DNA from: Squalus acanthias
Taxonomy: Eukaryota
Reading direction: 5' to 3'
Assembly (NCBI GenBank): GCA_030390025.1
Contig: CM059432.1
Span: forward strand, 46,812,001 to 46,876,000
Length of the DNA: 64,000 nt
Part shown: positions 39,551 through 52,580 of the stretch, in pieces
How positions within the stretch are numbered: the first letter of the stretch is position 1
Layout: each line of letters starts with the position of its first letter
Translations under genes and position numbers: made by a program
The notes under the pieces: generated by a model
What the model saw: only the letters and a program-made list of their open reading frames with translations
Databases searched by the model: none
Told to the model about the DNA's origin: nothing

Positions 39551-41425
39551 GGGGTAATTGTAACAGGCAAGAACGGGTGGGTTGTGGTCGGGTGTGTAAA
39601 TTCGTAGAAAAAAAAATCGCGACCACAACCCGGCTCGAACACACTGACTTCCGGGTTTCACTGAGGTGTGTTTGGCTGCTTGCGAGCAACCTACTCGCTG
39701 GAGTCGGCAAGATCATCAGCGCAGGCGGGTGGGCAATGCAGACATCATTTAAGGTGATAATTGGATGCAAATGATGGCTTTTTCACAGGAATTTAACTTT
39801 CCTTCAGATTTAACATCTCCAGCTTGGGAAACTGACCAGTAAAAAGGAGGCAAGTTACAGGTGCACTTCATGAGGGTCTATCAACTTCAGATAGCCCGCA
39901 CTTAATAAATGCTCAGTTCTTACAGCTGCTTTATCAGTTCTCTCTGACAAACATTTAGCAGAGAGTTCTTGTCACCATACACGTTTTGGAGAACATTGGA
40001 GGCTTTCAAACAGAAACTGGCAGGATGGGAGGCAACTTGGATGTTTTTGACAGTACATCAGGGGAGGAAGATAATCACCATCCACCGCAGCGACGATGTG
40101 CTCTGGTGGGATCAGTAGGTGCACAGGAGAGAGGTGTACAGGAGAGGGGCCGAGGTCACAGGAGGCACTACCCACGTAACAGGGTTTACAGACAAAGGCT
40201 CAGCTTCCTTGACCTCTCAGAAGAGCAGTGCTTCCACAGTCTGAGGTTGTCACGACAGGTGCTCGCAGACATCTGCAGCCTCCTAGAAGAAGAACTGCTA
40301 CCTGCTGGATCTGGTGGACACGCATTAGCAGTGGCTGTGAAATTCACCACCACCCTCAATTTTTTTTGCCTCTGGTTCCTTCTAGGGCACTACCGGAGAC
40401 ATAGAGAGTCTCGCAGTCTGATGCACATAAATGCATGGCAGGTGATGGATGGATTGTTTGCCTGGGCTGGGAGTTATGAAAACTTCCCCTGTGATAACAA
40501 TAGCCAGAATGACCGGGCAGTCACATTCGTGTCTCTGGCTGGCTACCCACAGGTACAGGGTGCAATCGATTGCACACTTGTGGCAATCTGAGCACCACCA
40601 CAGCAACTAAGAGTTTTTATCAACCACAAGGGATACTATTCCATCAATGCACACATGGTGTGCAACCACAACAAAAGGTTCATACAGGTGTGTGCCAGAT
40701 TCCCTGGGAGCTGTCATGATGCCTTCATACTGCGGCGGTTCAACATTTCAGATCTTTCGTTCCAGGAAGCAGACTTAAGGGCTGCCTCATCTGAAACAAC
40801 TTGGTTCATGACACCTCTGAGGAAAGCCATCAATGAGGCGCAGCAATGTCATCGGAATGTTCAAGATATGCTTCAAGTGCCTAGATAGGTCTGGTGGTGC
40901 CCTTCAATACTCATCAGCAAGGGTGTCCAGAATAATAGTGGAGTGCTGCGTCCTGCACAACATTGCACAGCAGAGAGGATTGTAGGTGGAGGACGAAGGT
41001 GCTCATCAGTCATTTTCAGATGAGGAGAATATTGACGGGGGAGGAAGAGGAGGAATGTGGAGATAGGGCACCCATTGCCAGATCAGCCACATACATTTCT
41101 GCCAGGGATGCCTTAATAGCTTGAAGGCTCAGCTAGTGGTGACTCACACAGGAACACATCACAAATGAAATCCTCCAGCCTGCTCCCACCCCCGCGCCAA
41201 TGCCCCCCCATCCCCCTTTGCACTAAACAGTCCTTCAACCACATCCGCCCAATGGGTCCTGTCATGTATTGACATTCATCATGAATCAAGTGAAAGAGCA
41301 AGTTGACACTTGGGACGTAATAATAAGCAAGACGTGGAAATGGTGCTGATCACAACATAACATTTTGTCAAACACACATGTGCATACCCTTGGTGAATTA
41401 CAATAGCTTTCTCTTACACTTCCTA
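39551..41425 (+). mobile_element. Harbinger element, transposase half (pseudogene about 40025-41136)
   Basis: End aat|ggggtaattgtaac. RVYRQRLSFLDLSEEQC, VQGAIDCT, RFPGSCHDAFIL, CCVLHN. Confidence 0.88.
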
Positions 41426-42498
41426 TGTGGTTCAATAAGGAGTGTAGAAGAGCATGCCAGGAGCAGCACCAGGCGTACCTAAAAAGCAGAACCAGCATGC
41501 TACAGACAGAGCGAAGCGATACCACAATCAACAGATCAGATCAAAGCTCTGCAGTCCTGCCACATCCAATCGGGAATGGTGGTGGACCATTAAACAACTA
41601 ACGGGAGGAGGTGGCTCCCTGAATATCCCCATCCTCAATGATGGTGGAGTCAAGCACATCAACGTAAAAGACAAAGCTGAAGTGTTTGCAACCATCTTCA
41701 TCCAGAAGTGCCGAGTGGATGATCCATATCGTCCTCCTCCTGAGGTTCCCACCACCACAGAAGCCAGTCTTCAACCAATTCAATTCACTCCACGTGATAT
41801 TAAGAAAGGGCTGAGCGCACTGGATACAGCAAAGGCTATGGGCCCCGACAACATCCCGGCTATCGTGCTGAAGACTTGTAGTCCAGAACTAGCCGTGCCT
41901 CTAGCCAGGCTGCTCCAGTACAGCTATAACACTGACATGTATCCGACAATGTGGAAAACTGCCCAGGTATGTCCTATCCACAAAAAGCAGGACAAATCCA
42001 ATACAGCCAATTACTGCTCCATCAGTCTACTCTCAATCATCAGCAAAGTGATGGAAGGTGTCGTCGACAGTGCTATTAAGCAGCACTTACTCACCAATAA
42101 CCTGCTCACTGATGCCCAGTTTGGGTTCCGTCAGGACCACTCGGCTCCAGACCTCATTACAGCCTTGGTCCAAACATGGACAAAGGAGCTGAATTCCAGA
42201 GGTGAGGTGACAGTGACATTAAGGCAGCATTTGATCGAGTGTGGCATCAAGGAGCCTTAGTAAAACTGAAGTCAATGAGAATCGGGGGGAAAACTCTCTA
42301 CTGGCGGGAGTCATACCTAGCACAAAGGAAGATGGTTGTGGTAGTTGAAGGTCAATCATTTCAGCCCCAGGACATCGCTGCAGAAGTCCTAGGCCTAACC
42401 ATCTTCAGCTGCTTCATCAATGACCTTCCCTCCAACATAAGGTCAGAAATGGGGATGTTCGCTGATGACTGCACAGTGTTCAGTGCTATTCGCAACTC
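41426..42498 (+). mobile_element. LINE RT fragment of a different CR1/L2-group family
   Basis: ORF 41454-42260: KAMGPDNIP, NYCSISLLSIISKVME, QFGFRQDHS; then FADDCTV. Clearly divergent from the other CR1 copies. Confidence 0.88.
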
Positions 42499-42639
42499 AG
42501 GCTTTGTGCAGGGGGTCAACATTGCAAGAGAAGTCGTCTACCCACAGGGGTCAGGAGTCCCTCCAGAATGAAAGATGTGGGACCAGATCACCGAGGCCGT
42601 CACTTCCAGCAATGTCACCCTACGACCTGGCTTCAGTGG

Positions 42640-42901
42640 AGGAGGAGGAAAGGAGAGGACGGAAGAGAGGGAAGGAGAGGAGGAGGAGGAAAGGGAGGAA
42701 AGGAGGAAAGGCGAGGAGGAGGAGGAAAGGAGAGGAGGAGGAAAGGCGAGGGGGAAGAGGAAAGGAGAGGAGAGGAGGAGGAAAGGCGAGGAGAGGAGGA
42801 GGAAAGGAGAGGAGAGGAGGAGGAAAGGAGAGGAGAAGGAAAGGGGAGTAGAGGAGGAAGAAAGGAGAGGGGAGGAAAGGGGAGAGGAGAGGAAGAAGAA
42901 A
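42640..42901. repeat. GA-rich polypurine tandem repeat (about 21-bp units, gaggagaggaggaggaaagga/c)
   Basis: Directly visible. Confidence 0.95.
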
Positions 42902-43464
42902 CAACACCGTCACTCGATTTCACACACCCAGCCACCAGCTCCTCGAGGTTGACCAGCAAGACCATTTACAGTGTCCCGCACTGAAAGTCAGCAGCCTTCC
43001 ACCAGCCATGCTGCAGCCACTGGGGTAGCACTGTGTGACATCAGTAGGATAGGCAAAGGCACACACAAGACAGTCACTAAGAGAGTGCATAAGGGTGATG
43101 AGTTGATTTCTTTATGTCATATTGGATGGATAGGTGTATAAAGTTGGATTGGAAAGTTTGCTTTGTGGTGGCTTTTATTTTAGCATTGTGGCCAAGAGGA
43201 CGCTGTGATGGTCAGTAACAGAAGTAAGGTAAGGTGTGGGACCCTGTTGAAAGGGGAATTGGGGTTGTGGTCACTGGTACCGCGGATGATTCCATCCCGG
43301 ATATCCCGACCAGAACGGGGCTGTCTGGGCTGCATCCTTCCTTCTGTTTCCTCCTCTTCTGCATCTTCCTCTTCCCTCTGCGAGCGGATGCTGGAAATCT
43401 GAAATAAAAGCAGAAAATGCTAGAAATACTCAGCAAGTCAGGCAGCATATCGAACTGAGACATG

Positions 43465-46400
43465 GGGCTCGATTTTGCCAGGCCGGAGGAGGCGGGATTG
43501 GAGGAGTGTGAGGTGGTAAAATCCCCAAAAATGGCGGGTGGGCCCGATCCCGCCTTCATCCTGCCTCCGAGCAATTTTCCCAAATGCATGTTTTCTGACC
43601 CCGTTTCCATCCCGCCTCCAAGAGGCAGGATAGACCCTTAAGGCCCTTAACAACCAGTTAAGTGCCTCTATAATCCCATTTTGAGAGGCCTTTCTGATTT
43701 TACCACTTTTCCCACGTCCTGCACGTCTCCTCTGGAACACGCCAGTGAATCCTGGCGGCCTCACACGTGGACTGCTTACTAACAGCTGCAGCTCCACCAT
43801 TAAAAAGGAGTTTTCAGCAATCATCATTTGCAGGTGGCAGAACTTTGTTGTCTCAGGTCTGGGGGAACTTTTAGCAGGCATACCCATTGTTGTGGAAGTT
43901 TGGAGCCTGACACCCATCTCCAGTGTGACCTCCTGGGAAACCCCTCTCGCCACCTTGACTGAGCGCTTCCTCAACTGAAGCATATACCAGAAGCATGGGA
44001 ACCATTTATTTCCTTTCCTCCTGGACATCAGATTCGGACGAAGACCAGCCGTGACAGCAGCAGAACCATGAACAACAGCACCACCAACAGCAACAGCAAC
44101 AACAGGAGCGCCAAGCTGCTGCTCACCCACCTGAAGCTACACAGGCCAGAAGGCGCCAGCGCATGACCACATTGCTGCCCGGGATGCAAGGGACGCACTC
44201 ATCTTGGCCAGATTTGCTTAGCCTGCACAATCAAACACTTTTGCCTCGCACCTTCTTATCAGACCATTGACAATGGCCAAGAACCTGCGGATTCCTATCA
44301 CTCTGATCACCATACTGACAATTGCAAGTCGCCCTAAGCCCTCAATGTGGAAGTCCCATTAACGAAATGACACACGCCACAACTGCAACAGTTTGCCATC
44401 AGAATTTTTTACGACAATAAGCAACTGATGGCTTTTCAAAATTAAACACATTACACCCAAGTGACTACCCTTGTGACTACTTGTGCATTATCTTCCTCTT
44501 ACGCGTGCTCCTATGTGGTGCTTCCCCTGTGGCTTCAGCAGATGTGGAGGCCCCTTGCTCACTTTCTTGCTGCTCCTGTCCCGACACCTTTGCCGGGCGT
44601 CCTCTGGGGTTGCGAACCTGTGAGGGCTCGGCAACAGTCTACTGCTCCTGCGGCTGTGCAGGGGTTGAGACGCCGATCTCAGTTGGGTCCGGACTCTGGT
44701 GGGGCTCTGACCGAGGGCTCTGCAGTGGCATGGTCGTGTGAGCGCTTGGAGAGGAGCCCCCACTTCCTTGTTGTATGCCACCAACATCCCTCTCATGGGT
44801 CAGCCCCACTTCAGAGCTAGCAAGTGGCTGGACAGCACCTTGCTGCACTGCAGGGGGGCCCGTGAGGACCTGTTTCTGCACTGGAAGTCCTACTCCAGAG
44901 ATCTTGCATGAAGGTCTGGTTTGTTTTCTCAATAGCTGACCATCGCTCCTCAAGAGATGTCAGTCTATTCTGAACAATTACCATGTTTTCCATACCCTGG
45001 CGACTAAGCTCCTCCATGGACGTAGCCATCCTCTCCTCTACCGTAGCCATCCTCTCCTCTACGGTAGCCAGCCTTACCATGGAGGTAGCCATCCTTTCCA
45101 AGGAGGTTGCCATCCTTTCCGTGGTGATGCGTTCATGCGCCAACGCTTCCACAAAGGCTCTGCTCATGTTAGCAATGGACTCCTCCATTCGCTCCACACT
45201 CGCAGCGACCATGGAGACAAAACCTGCCAGAGACTCCTGCACCTGTTCCTGGAGTTCCAGCACCGCTCTCCTTCTGGATGGACCCGGAGGCACAGGGTCG
45301 ACATGCAGCGGAGCCGAGCTGGGAGCATCCTCTCCACTGCGACGAGGACTCTCCACTGCTGTCCCTGTCTCCACCATCTGCTGATGCTCACTTGTGAGCT
45401 GTGATACACCAGGTGACAACTCTACTCTATGTCCCGAAGGTCCCACCGAGGTGTGAGTGTCTGCGCTGGTGCAGGGTGCGCTTAATTCTGCTGACAGAGC
45501 GCCCTCAGAGGTTGCAGCTTCCTCTGAGGAGTCTAGAAGCTCAGGCTCTTCCTCCTGGACAGTGGGGACGGGGGCTCTCGATGGTCCTGTGGGGGAGTAA
45601 AGGAAAGAGTTGAGATGTGAGGTAAAGTTTGCATGCACATTGAAATGTGCAGATGATCATAAGTCAATCTGTTAGAGCATCAGAATCATTATCAGTCACT
45701 CATGCAATGTCAATGAGAGAGATGCTCAACTATTCTGTCACCAGCTTGCTGTGATGCGCCTGCCTGTCCGTCCCCCACTTGGGAATCCTCCTCGATTCTG
45801 GCAATTTCCAGGGCCGCCTCCTCCGAGGTGGTGAGCTGGGCTACTGAAGGTGGCCCTCCTCCTGTCCTCGCTCTTTCCCTCATATCGTGGGCTCTCTTTT
45901 CCTGCAATGAGGGACACAAGTGGAGTTTGAGTGAGAATGAAGGAGTGAGTGTACAGAATGCATACCATAGATGCTTAGAAGGAGACAAAGGGCCCTCCCT
46001 GTGTGTTGTAAGTTGTTGTCATTGCGTCACAGTGATGGGGAGTGTGAGGGCTGCATGGTAGAATAGTTAAGTGAATGTGACCATAGAGAGCGAGGGAATG
46101 GGTAAGGGTGCAGGGTTGTAAGTGTCAAGTGGGATGTGGAGGAAGAGGTTGGCAAAGCTGAGTGCTGGTGAGGAGAGGCGATAGGGATCAGATTGAGGGT
46201 GATGGGAAAGTCATACTCACTTTTCCTGTGCGGAGAAGGTCATGAAACCTCTTCCTGCACTGCAGCCAGGTTCTGCGGCACATAGAGATGGCATTGACCT
46301 CCTGGGCCACTTGCAGCCACACAGCTTTAGTCTGTTGTGGTGGCTGTTTTCTCCCTGAGGAAGGGAAGAGCACCTCCTTATTAGATCTTGCTCCCTGCAC

Positions 46401-46742
46401 CAGAGCTTGGAGGGAGGGCTCATCAAAGCGAGGTGCACACTTTTGCTTGCTGGTGGACATGGTCGGTAAATGAAGTCCTTCATACAATGTCCAAAGCGTT
46501 TCCAGTCTCCAGAAGAATCAAGGCTGCTTGCAGGCCTTAAATCCAACAGCATTGATGATGTCATCGGAGGCGACTTTCTGTATGAAAAAAGACTAATTGG
46601 GCCAGTGGTTCCCACACACAGGAAATCAATTGCCCAATTAGGGGAAAATCCCACTTTTTCAACACATCACTTAGGAGTCGGGGTCCTGACACGATTTCCA
46701 CCTGACACGCCCCAGCCCGCCCACACTGACAAAATCCAGCCC
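43465..46742. mobile_element. Non-autonomous Harbinger with transposase deleted and Myb/SANT gene retained
   Basis: TIR gggctcgattttgcc / gacaaaatccagccc, TSD ATG. Only about 230 bp of transposase start and end remain (about 43994-44221). Confidence 0.9.
44817..46460 (-). CDS. Three-exon Myb/SANT-like Harbinger partner gene (exons 46460-46221, 45901-45742, 45586-44817)
   Basis: MSTSKQKCAPRFDEPSLQALV..WLQVAQEVNA..RTWLQCRKRFHDL. GT-AG boundaries with phases 0 and 1 join without a stop into ORF 44817-45638. Confidence 0.8.
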
Positions 46743-49700
46743 ATGAACTCTGTTTCTTTCTCCACAGAAGCTGTACTGCCTGACCAGCTGAGTATTTCCA
46801 GCATTTTCTGTCTTCTCAGAGGCCTTCCTCTTACCATCCGAGGCCTTGCAAGCATCCAGCAGCACACCCTGCACACTTCAAACACTTTTAACATGTATTA
46901 GACCAAGCCACTACTTCAATAAAATATAAAATATCCAGTCCAAAAGCTTAAATGCAAACTTTCCTGAAAGATGTGTATGTCCCTTTAAGAAGTGCTGACA
47001 GCGTCTCTTGTCAGTCTGCTGCACGCTCGCTTTTCAGAGCGAACTTAGGACCCAACACTAAACTCAGTGCTAAGATCCAAGTTTGCAGAGTGTGATGTTA
47101 AGTCAGTGTAGACGTCAGGCTCTCCATATTTGCATCTCCAGGCCTAGCGCTGCTATCAGCAGCACTAAGACCCTCACCAAAATGGCGGCCGCTGAATCCC
47201 GCGCCAGAGAAGGGCGTTAGAGTGGCGGCGGCCATTTTTTTCCCAGGATTGCTGCGTAACTCGAGGCGGTAAATAGCCCAATTTCTGGACCTATTTTTCT
47301 AATATAGGTTTAGGTTTATTAACAGCAACACAAAATATATCTTTTCATTTACTTTTTTTTCTATACATTATTTTCTTGTTCTATTTCTCTCAAGGGAATT
47401 TCTTTTACAGCTGTGAAAAGATTTTGATCATGGTAATGATAAGATGATGAATATATTCAATTTTCGCAAAAGTGTTTGGAAGGCATTGGAATCCAAATAT
47501 TTCTGCATTTACCAATTACATAAAGATGGTATGAAGGATATTCTTGACTCAAAGCTGTTAAATCGTAATGACTCTCGTGATAATCCTACTACTGTACAAT
47601 CATATTTCAAGACTACTGATCAATACTCATTTACTGGTTATTTTTGCTAATTTTTTAAAACAATATATGGGTACTATTCTATTTGTAAATATTAAGAATC
47701 AGTTAATGTTGGACAATTAACACATCAGAGACAAAGGCCCCGATTTTAACTGCTCCCACCTGCCGAAAACTGGGTGGGGAGCAGTTAAAATAACGGGTGT
47801 CAGTTACCACCACGATTCCCACTTCCTTCCTGGTGTGTCCCCATATTAACCTGCTCTTTTGAGCAGGTGAGCAGGACAACTGCAGGAAGAAAGTGGAGTC
47901 CTGTTTTAAATATCATCAGGATCCGATCTGCAATATCAACCAGGGGGCTGAGCGAGGGGTGGGCAGTGTCATCTTCACCGTCAGGCAAAACCTGCTGGGA
48001 GCCTGAGCCTGGGCCAGAAGAGGCCCAGCAGGTAAGTTTAAAATGTATTTTTCAGGTATATGATAACAGCTTAAAGATAACAGCCAGGCATGACATCCAG
48101 GTGTAACTGCTAGTCATGCTAGGCACGACACAACACTTCCTGGAAGCACAGGAAGTGCCGCACACACAAAGCTTGTAATATATTACTAGCTGAGGTCCCA
48201 TGGTGATCCAGAATAGGGGTGTTATGCCAAGTATTATTATCAGGGGCATTGATTTATCAGCATGAAGATGGTTCTGCAATCTAGGAACAGTAACAATTAA
48301 GCCTGGGGTTTGGTAGTACTGGGATGGGGGTTTCATACTCAAGCAGTAGTTTCAGAAAGTCCCTGTGGTCTGGAAGAAATAGAACAAAGACCCTGGCATT
48401 AAAGAATACTATGCAGAGGGGTTCAGGAGGTTTTGGTCAGGATCTGGAATCAATGAGACGAGGGTCCTGTGATCCGAGACTACTGGTGCTGTCTTGGGAT
48501 CATGGAACACTAGGAAGGGCCTACTAGGGTCTGGAGGCACAGGATGGTTCTGAAAAGATACTGGGACCTGGGAGCAGGAGGGGTCCAAGAAGTACTATGG
48601 AGAACAGTCCCAGGGTTCAGGAAAATTGAGCAGGGGACCCAAGAGCACAGGAGGACAGGGTCTGGCAATACTGAGGATGGATGAGATCTGGCAGTATTCG
48701 GAAGGCAGGGTCTGGCAGCCATGAGGGATTGGGGGCCCTAGGAAATTAGGGACCAAAATATCCTCGGGACACTTTGGATGATCAGTTGCCCCTCCAGCAT
48801 GTTCCACCTCTCAGTCTCCTCCTTGGCCTTTCCACACCCTCTTTTGAGTAATCAAACATCCCCCGCTGCTTTAGCCACTGTTTGCCAATTTCTACCTTGA
48901 ACTCCTACCTTAAAGTGTTTAGTTTATTTGTCATCTTTTATAGTCTTAAACAGAAATTTCCACAAGCAAACAAAAATTACCTCATAAATTGTATTTAATA
49001 TCTGCTGCTACTTCCAGCAGGAAATTCTAGAAGTGATGGAGGGTCAACAGGAGCTAGCAGAATGCCTTCCTACCCTGCCTGCTCCACTGCCACCTGAAAT
49101 CTTTCACAAAAATTTCAAGGAGTAATTTTATTTGTGCAGCGAGAGGAAAAACTTCTGTGATTTCCACTACTGCTTGCTTTAGGGAAAATTATGTTGCAGC
49201 TGACTAGCTAACTGTGCTTATGTTTTGAATGAAAGAGTGTACAATTTAATTTAAGATTATTCTATTTGTTCACATTCCCTAAACTAGTAACCATATAATG
49301 TGCTTTATTGGTGCACATAATACTTCAGAAAATCTAATAAAATTGAGGTCTTGAATCTTTATTCCACAAAGGAATGCTGAAACAATAAATGAGACAAAAA
49401 TATACATGGTAAGAAAATTCAATACCGTTCAACAAATAGCAAAGAAAAGTCTTGAATCTATCACACTGTTCCTTAAGTCATTAAAAATAACATCCAGTGA
49501 TCTATTCACTTGCTCAAGAAGCGTCATCAGAAAATGCAGACACAGCAGTTGTACTTTGTTTCCCTATTAGAGGAAACACACTCAACTGACTTCCTTTCCT
49601 TACTGCGTCAAGACTTCCCGTCCCTGTCATTAGAAACATTAGTGTAAACCTAAGCAACGTACATCCTTTGCATATTACAATTTTCCATTATTACATGCAA

Positions 49701-51449
49701 CTTGGTCATTGTCACAAGTCAAAGGCTCATAGGAATGCTAAGCTTCTACAGGAAATACCTGCTTGACTTGTGCTTCCATGAAGTAGAAATTGGCACATAA
49801 ACATTATACCAGCCAGGGCAGAAGTACCACAAAGCAAATACTAAAGCTGTTGTTAATCTGCTGGTTAACCGAGTAGCTCAACTGGTCAAGAATGTTTTAA
49901 CCCATAGGTTGTCAGTTTGAGAGCTACCTGTCACGCAAACTCACATGCCTCAAGATAGAATGCCATATGGAACCATGATGTACACATTTGGGGTGGGGGG
50001 GGAGTGAAGAAACTCATATGGTCCCATTTGTCCAACTTGAACAGTTAAATCATACCTAGAGTAGAATTAAAAGGCAGCAGCCCAGACTGTCCTTGCTTGT
50101 CAGCTGAAGGAGGGCACATTGCACCTAGCACGAAATGTGAAAATAAAAACCTAAAACACTAATTAATGTGCTACTTACTATTAATTATTAAATCATGTTT
50201 ATATTTTATGTCAATTCATATTAAGTGACTATTCTCCTTTACTGGTGATAGTTGAGGCCAGATTCTCTGGGTATCTCTGCATTGCTTACAGATGAGAGAA
50301 CAGGCACGGGCAGGAGCAATTTAAATGAGAGCTTCAGTATGGTGCAACTGCAAGAATGATAAATTATTTTATCCCTGCATGTATCTTTTTGTAGAAAACT
50401 TTAAAAAAAAACATTTACAGGACTCCTCTGTGCCACCTCTGATCGATCACAGGAAGTAGAAGCCCAAAATACAGAGGCCATAGGGGCGACCTTTAACTTC
50501 CGCCCAAAATGGGTGCAAAGCCGGGCCGCATCTGAATGCTGCTGACAACCTGTGGTCACCAATTTGCCAGTTGTGGGAGAGCAGGAACATGGAAGCTACC
50601 CTGCTGAGCTGGCTGGGGAGGGGTGGGTGAGTAGCCAATCTAGGAGTGGATCGAGCACGCCCAGCATTAGCCTGCTATATTTTTGTGGAGCCGACCAGAA
50701 CTCCTTCTCCTCCTGGCCACACATAAATTCCCCCAAAGACATTTTTGGCCCTTTTCACAAGTAGACAACAAGCAGTCCCTCTAAGGGCCACTGGTTAGGC
50801 CACTCAATGCCTGGTATAAATGGATGGAGTGTGCGCAGTCATTGACCCCAAACGTTGGGGGTAATTTTAACCCCCAAAAATGGGTGTGTTTGGGTCGGGT
50901 GGGATGTTAAAATGTAAAAAATCTCAAACACGAACCCAAATCCGTATTGTAAAATTATATCAAAAAGGATTGATGAACATTTTCTCCATCGGATAAATTC
51001 AGTACTCCAATTAGGGATTATGGGTCAGAGAAAGGACTACAAAACTATAGCCCTGATTTTATGACCTGCACTCCTATATCAATTCACCCTTATATTCCAT
51101 GCTCAGGCAATTTTCTTAAAATATTTTTAAAGTAAATAATTTTCACAGTAACACCATATTCTATTTATTTCTCATAAAAAATCATCAACAAAAAAATTAT
51201 CTATAGGGATTAGATTCTTAGCAACAAAGGATTTCCAGCATGCTGGGAAACTCTTCATTAAACAACGGAAACATTACTTCCCTGGAGTGGAAATCCTGTC
51301 TGTGTGAGACAGCATCCTTTTGTGTATTGTCATGTACTTTCAGTCATCTTTGTGGTGTGGTATCCGTGATAAGATTAACTGTGAAAGCAAATTCTGAACG
51401 ATAACATTTTTAGTGTGTTCACTATCCACTATCCTCTGTTGTGTTTTTG

Positions 51450-51562
51450 GTTTCCTACATTACAACAGCGACTACACTTCAAAAGTACTTAATTGGCGGT
51501 AAACAGGTTTGGGATGACCCGAGGCCACGAAAGGCCCGATATAAATGCAACTTCTTTCTTTT
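51450..51562 (+). mobile_element. Deu-SINE / L2-tail 3' fragment
   Basis: cagcgactacacttcaaaagtacttaattggc...tataaatgcaacttctttcttt; homologous to 15130-15200. Confidence 0.75.
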
Positions 51563-51924
51563 TGGTGTTTCACAATAATCATACATGTGTTAACAGAGCC
51601 AAAGTGCACTTCAATAGGGTGGCACTGGGTATGCTGTTTTATTGTTTAAAGTTTGTAAAGCCCATGATAATTCTATCTTCTGTTTTTGTTTTCCCTCTCA
51701 TAAATCAAGACAAAAGTACCAGCTCAACAGAGCTAAGTTTAACTTTAAACCTTCACAAAAAGGTTGATTTCCCCCCCAAAAAAAACTGATTAACAGAATT
51801 CTCTGCAGGTTTAATTTTTCACAAACAGATTAAAGTGATAACAAAGAATATTGTACAGCATTTACAAATAATACATGCATTATGTATGCTGTTAGAAGGG
51901 TTCTCACAAGCCTTAATACAAAAG

Positions 51925-52526
51925 AAAAATACTGCGGATTCTGGAAATCTGAAGTAAAAATAGAAAATGCTGGAAATATTCAGCAGGTCAGGCAGCGTCT
52001 GTGGAGAGAGAAACAGAGTAAACGTTTCAGGTCGATGACCTTTCGCCAGAACTGGAAAAAGTTAGAGATGTAACAGATTTTAAGCAAGTGCAGGGGCAGG
52101 GAAAGGGGGGAAGAAAGAACAAAAGGGAAGGTCTGTGATAGGGTGGAAGGCATGAGTGATTAAATGACAAAAGGTAAGATATTACAAAGCAAAAGGAGAT
52201 GGTAATGGGACAAATAAAGAAACAAAAGATGAGTCTAGATGAGGTGTAAATGGGAATGGCAGAATCGTCAACAGGTACCATCTGAAAAAATAGGGGCAGA
52301 GGTTATGGTCTGAAATTGTTGAACTCTATGTTGAGTCCAGAAGGCTGTAAAGTGCCTTTGCAGAACACTTCCGTTCAGTCCGGGACCCCAAGCTTCCAGA
52401 CGCCTGTCACTTTAATTCTCCACTCCACTCCCATCTGACCTCTCTGTCCTCAGCCTCTTACACTGTACCAACGAAGCTCAAGGTAAGCTCGAGGAAGAGC
52501 ATCTCATCTTTAGATTAGGCACTTTG
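51925..52526 (-). mobile_element. Penelope-like element 3' part with an inverted 5' segment
   Basis: Minus strand GTLQPSGLNIEFNNFR from 52357. Plus strand AEHFRSV..ACHFNS..KLEEEHLIFRLGTL at 52358-52526. Degenerate hammerhead at 52017-52053. Confidence 0.85.
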
Positions 52527-52580
52527 GTGTCATCCGCAAATTTAGTAATTGTGTTTTTGATTCCAAAGTCTAAATCGTTC

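Larger units (their letters stand above)
43383..46812. mobile_element. Fold-back Penelope-like mini-insertion of a second family, split by a Harbinger insertion (arms about 43383-43461 and 46746-46812)
   Basis: cagaaaatgctagaaatactcagcaagtcaggcagc is reverse-complementary to ctgcctgaccagctgagtatttccagcattttctg. Homologous to 51934-52040. Confidence 0.75.
42499..47291. mobile_element. Heavily deleted Harbinger derivative split by later insertions
   Basis: Myb fragments on plus (GVNIAREVVYPQG, WDQITEAV, TPSLDFT). Transposase C-terminal remnant on minus at about 43270-43380. Candidate end cccaatttctggacc near 47291. Confidence 0.6.

Noticed and set aside
42465..42984. Arg/Glu/Gly-rich ORFs in several frames
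   Set aside because: They arise from the stop-free GA repeat.
48300..48790. G-rich, loosely periodic sequence
   Set aside because: I could not define a repeat unit or family by eye.
49872..49930. tRNA-like A and B boxes (tagctcaactgg ... gtttgagagc)
   Set aside because: Too degenerate to fold as a tRNA. At most an old SINE head.
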